DNA of 22,295 nucleotides, from sequence record NZ_LR134444.1; one strand, written 5' to 3'. The notes under the pieces are model-generated. The model was given only the letters and a program-made list of their open reading frames with translations. It searched no databases and was not told the DNA's origin. Every line of letters starts with the position of its first letter. Within the stretch, counting starts at the first letter, position 1. Shown piece after piece: positions 19,256-22,295 of the stretch. The position numbers and the translations under genes were made by a program. This DNA comes from a plasmid.

Positions 19256-20018
19256 CGGCGGCGAGCTCAGCGGTCAGGGCGCGGACCGCGTCCAGCGACT
19301 CCCCCGCCGCACTGACCAGCGCGGAGCCCACGATCACCGCGTCGGCGTACGCGGCGATCTCCGCGGCCTGCGCCCGGGAGCGGACGCCGAGGCCGACGCC
19401 GACGGGAATGTCGGAGACCTCGCGAATGCGTGCGACCAACTCGGGCGCGACGTTGTCGACGGCATCGCGGGCGCCGGTGACGCCCATCGTCGAGGCGGCG
19501 TAGAGGAACCCGGACGAGGCCTTGGCGGTCATCGCCAGCCGCTCGGGCGTCGACGACGGCGCGGCCAGGAAGACCTTGTCCAGGCCGTGCCGATCGGCGG
19601 CCGCGATCCACTCGTCGGCCTCCTCGGGGATGAGGTTCGGCGTGATCATGCCCCGGCCGCCGGCTGCGGCGAGGTCGCGCGCGAAGGCCTCGACGCCGTA
19701 CTTGAGCACGGGGTTCCAGTAGGCCATCACGACGGGCGCCGCACCCGCGGCGGCGACGGCCTCGGCGTAGGCGAAGATGTCGCGCACCCGGATGCCGCCG
19801 CGCAGGGCGTCGTCGGCGGCGCGCTGGATGACGGGGCCGTCCATGACGGGATCGCTGTAGGCCACACCCAGCTCCACGATGTCGGCGCCGGACTCGGCCA
19901 TGGCGACGACGGTGTCGATGCCGCCTTGCTTGGACGGGTACCCGCAGGGCAGGTACGTGACGAGGGCCGCGCGGTTCTCCGCCCGGCACTGCTCGAAGAC
20001 CGGTGCCAGTGCGCTCAC
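19239..20018 (-). CDS. trpA: Tryptophan synthase alpha chain
   Basis: 259 aa, with ...[12 protein letters not shown]...[22 protein letters not shown]...YWNPVLKYG...[14 protein letters not shown]...IPVGVGLGV, collinear with mycobacterial TrpA. GTG start (complement of 20016-20018) overlaps the trpB TGA (GTGA). GGGGGAGAA RBS. Confidence 0.9.
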   Translation of the reverse strand: MSALAPVFEQCRAENRAALVTYLPCGYPSKQGGIDTVVAMAESGADIVELGVAYSDPVMDGPVIQRAADDALRGGIRVRDIFAYAEAVAAAGAAPVVMAYWNPVLKYGVEAFARDLAAAGGRGMITPNLIPEEADEWIAAADRHGLDKVFLAAPSSTPERLAMTAKASSGFLYAASTMGVTGARDAVDNVAPELVARIREVSDIPVGVGLGVRSRAQAAEIAAYADAVIVGSALVSAAGESLDAVRALTAELAAGVREA

Positions 20019-21373
20019 TTGTTCTCCCCCGATCCGTTCGTCGCCGCGCCGTTCGCCTGCGCATCGCGCAGTGCGGTGTTGAGGTCGGCGCCGACCACCT
20101 TCTGCCCCACCACGTCCCCGTTCTCGTCGAGGAGGCCGAACCACTTCCCGGCGGTGTCGACGTCCTTGTCGCCGCGGCCGGAGAGGTTCACCACGATCAC
20201 CGCGCCCGGGCCGAGCTCGCGCCCGAGCCGCAGCGCGCCGGCGACGGCGTGCGCCGACTCGATCGCGGGGATGATGCCCTCGGTGCGGCACAGCAGCGCG
20301 AAGGCGTCCATCGCCTCGGCGTCGGTGACCGGCACGTACTCGGCGCGGCCCGACTCCTTGAGCTGCGCGTGCTCCGGTCCCACGCCGGGGTAGTCCAGGC
20401 CGGCGGAGATGGAGTGCGATTCGACGGTCTGGCCGTCCTCGTCCTGCAGCAGGTACGAGTACGCGCCCTGGAAGGCGCCGGGACTGCCGCCGGTGAACGT
20501 CGCGGCGTGCCTGCCGGTCTCGACCCCGTCGCCCGCGGCCTCGCACCCGACGAGGCGGACGCCCTCGTCGGCGATGAACGGGTGGAAGATCCCGATGGCG
20601 TTGGAGCCGCCGCCCACGCAGGCGACGACGCCGTCGGGGAGACGGCCCTCCGCCGCGAGGACCTGCTCGCGCGCCTCCATGCCGACGATGCGCTGCAGGT
20701 CGCGCACCATGAGCGGGAACGGGTGCGGGCCGGCGGCCGTGCCGAAGCAGTAGTAGGTGGTGTCGGCGTTGCTGACCCAGTCGCGCAGTGCCTCGTTGAT
20801 CGCGTCCTTGAGCGAGGCGGAGCCCGAGGCGACGGCGATGACCTCGGCGCCGAGGAGGCGCATCCGCGCGACGTTGAGCGCCTGCCGGTCGGTATCGACC
20901 TTGCCCATGTAGACGACGCACTCGATGCCGAGCAGCGCGCAGGCGGTCGCCGTGGCGACGCCGTGCTGCCCCGCCCCGGTCTCCGCGATCACGCGCGGCT
21001 TGCCCATCCGCTTGGCGAGCAGCACCTGCCCGAGCACGTTGTTGATCTTGTGGCTACCGGTGTGGTTGAGGTCCTCGCGCTTGAGGTAGACCTGCGCGCC
21101 GCCGGCATGCTCGTTCAGGCGCACGCACGGGTACAGCGGCGAGGGCCGCCCGGTGTACTGGCGCTGCAGGCGGTCCAGCTCGGCGAGGAACTCGCGGTCG
21201 GAGCGCACCTTCTCGAATTCTGCCGTGACCTCCTCGATCACCGCCATCAGCGCCTCGGGCACGTGCCGGCCGCCCCACGCACCCCAATGACCGGTCCCGT
21301 CGGGCTCGAAGGCCGATCGTTCGGACAGTCCGGTACTGGCTTCTGGGAGGCTCACAGGAACGATTATCCCCAC
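20015..21373 (-). CDS. trpB: Tryptophan synthase beta chain (with roughly 35-aa C-terminal extension)
   Basis: PLP-enzyme motifs [35 protein letters not shown] and [16 protein letters not shown]. The N-terminal start is ambiguous: GTG at 21373 or GTG at 21355. The C-terminus continues about 35 residues beyond the GLL position where I recall mycobacterial TrpB ending. Confidence 0.9.
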   Translation of the reverse strand: MGIIVPVSLPEASTGLSERSAFEPDGTGHWGAWGGRHVPEALMAVIEEVTAEFEKVRSDREFLAELDRLQRQYTGRPSPLYPCVRLNEHAGGAQVYLKREDLNHTGSHKINNVLGQVLLAKRMGKPRVIAETGAGQHGVATATACALLGIECVVYMGKVDTDRQALNVARMRLLGAEVIAVASGSASLKDAINEALRDWVSNADTTYYCFGTAAGPHPFPLMVRDLQRIVGMEAREQVLAAEGRLPDGVVACVGGGSNAIGIFHPFIADEGVRLVGCEAAGDGVETGRHAATFTGGSPGAFQGAYSYLLQDEDGQTVESHSISAGLDYPGVGPEHAQLKESGRAEYVPVTDAEAMDAFALLCRTEGIIPAIESAHAVAGALRLGRELGPGAVIVVNLSGRGDKDVDTAGKWFGLLDENGDVVGQKVVGADLNTALRDAQANGAATNGSGENK

Positions 21374-21401
21374 TCCGTCAAAGTGAAATCACGCCGACGC
21401 C

Positions 21402-21437
21402 AAACATTCCGCGAATCCCGTGGCGCGACGAATGTTT
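21402..21437. promoter_or_regulatory. Inverted repeat AAACATTC-N20-GAATGTTT in the trpB/GNAT divergent region, spanning the candidate GNAT start codons
   Basis: 8-bp perfect arms read directly (21402-21409 and 21430-21437). Function unknown; possible repressor site. Confidence 0.25.
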
Positions 21438-22157
21438 CCGGGCATGACCACCACGCTCGGCCACGTGCTCGACGATCCCGTCCGGGCCTCGCTGTACGGC
21501 GCCCACGCCCGCTTCCGGCTCGGCGACGGGGCCGTCGTCCGCTACGCGCCCGACGTGGCGCGGTTCGTCGGCCACCCGCCGCGGCCGAGCGCGGAGGACT
21601 TCGCGGCCCTGGCGCGCCTCGCCGTGCCCGGCGCGCCGCTGTCCCTGCGGGGCGTGCGCGGCCCGCTCCCCGCGGGCTGGCGGGTCGTCGACGAGATCCG
21701 GCTCGTCCAGTACGACGGTGCCGCGCTCGCCACGGCGCCCGACCCGGAGGCCGAGGTCCTCGGGCCGCAGAACGCGGACGAGATCCTGGACCTCGTCGCG
21801 CGCACCCGCCCCGGTCCGTTCGAGCGGCGCACCGTCGAGCTCGGCCTCTACCTGGGCCTGCGCGACGATTCGGGGCGCCTCATCGCGCTCGCCGGGGAGC
21901 GGCTGCGCCCTCCCGGATGGACCGAGATCAGCGCCGTCTGCACCGACCCCGAGCACCGTGGCCGGGGCCTCGCGGCGCGGCTGGTCCGCGCCGTCGGACA
22001 CCACATCCGCGCCCGGGGCGACGTCCCGTTCCTGCACACCTCCGCGGACAACACCGGCGCCCGCGGGGTCTACGAGCACCTCGGCTTCCGCCTGCGCTCC
22101 GCGCTCCCCCTGCTCCTCGTCCAGCCGCCCATCACCGATCCGACCGGAGCGTCATGA
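21420..22157 (+). CDS. GNAT-family N-acetyltransferase (FR47-like two-domain type)
   Basis: C-terminal acetyl-CoA-binding motif HRGRGLAARLVRAV...GARGVYEHLGFR. Start ambiguous: GTG 21420, ATG 21432 or ATG 21444. Stop TGA 22155-22157 overlaps the next ATG. Confidence 0.75.
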   Translation: MARRMFPGMTTTLGHVLDDPVRASLYGAHARFRLGDGAVVRYAPDVARFVGHPPRPSAEDFAALARLAVPGAPLSLRGVRGPLPAGWRVVDEIRLVQYDGAALATAPDPEAEVLGPQNADEILDLVARTRPGPFERRTVELGLYLGLRDDSGRLIALAGERLRPPGWTEISAVCTDPEHRGRGLAARLVRAVGHHIRARGDVPFLHTSADNTGARGVYEHLGFRLRSALPLLLVQPPITDPTGAS

Positions 22158-22295
22158 CCCTCGCCCTCACTCGGCCGCAACCCGCCGACACCGATCCCGA
22201 GCTCGCCCGCCTCGCCGCACTCCCGGTCCGGCGCCGCGTCCAGTGGGGGCGCTGGCTCGCCGTCGCGGTCGCCGTCGTCCTCGTCGCGCAACTCG
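22154..22295 (+). CDS. 5' part of a gene running off the window end; hydrophobic N-terminus (putative membrane protein, possibly a transporter permease)
   Basis: ATG 22154 overlaps the GNAT stop (ATGA). Translation MTLALTRPQPADTDPELARLAALPVRRRVQWGRWLAVAVAVVLVAQL has no stop through 22295. Confidence 0.3.
   Translation, partial: MTLALTRPQPADTDPELARLAALPVRRRVQWGRWLAVAVAVVLVAQL

Noticed and set aside
19239-20921. 560-aa ORF fusing trpA with upstream sequence
   Set aside because: The region upstream of GTG 20018 is an open alternative frame inside trpB. trpA has a strong RBS and a GTGA junction at 20015-20018.
21440-21480. Tandem Trp codons (TGG TGG) on the minus strand upstream of trpB, reminiscent of a trp leader peptide
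   Set aside because: They are the reverse complement of the ACC ACC (Thr-Thr) codons in the GNAT N-terminus. No in-frame start codon precedes them, and no terminator/antiterminator pair is evident.

Overview
This is a very high-GC, actinobacterial-type window, densely coding with tight or overlapping gene junctions. All calls below come from my own reading of the ORF translations and raw sequence; no homology search was run. Start to end: (1) The tail of a three-gene SMC-like module that reads as Wadjet/MksBEF-type: a partial upstream gene (candidate JetA/MksF), an acidic JetB/MksE-like gene, and a ~1120-codon JetC/MksB-like ATPase with Walker A GPSGSGKSS and C-terminal SGGEQEK / LMLDEAF. JetC is split by an apparent 1-nt frameshift in a C4 run near 3050. 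No JetD/MksG-like gene follows; a convergent AraC-family regulator sits there instead. (2) A tailoring-type cluster: an AraC regulator divergent from a cyclase-family protein and an acyl-CoA synthetase, a hairpin, a PIG-L/LmbE deacetylase, then a TetR gene preceded by two 16-bp palindromes (TAGATC-N4-GATCTA) at a leaderless start, directly followed by a GT1/MGT-type glycosyltransferase. (3) A signal-peptide, Pro/Thr-rich, prealbumin-fold surface protein with no LPXTG, stop/start-overlapped with a class-F-like sortase lipoprotein, then an SDR. (4) A long minus-strand run: trpB-trpA (GTGA coupled), three tandem paralogous 6-TM GGDEF diguanylate cyclases (the first overlaps the trpA stop by 17 nt), and an Rv1473-like ABC-F ATPase. 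(5) A divergent GNAT acetyltransferase and the start of a membrane-protein gene. No rRNA, tRNA, CRISPR array, transposase or integrase was seen. Many long antisense ORFs in the six-frame track are GC-driven artefacts.
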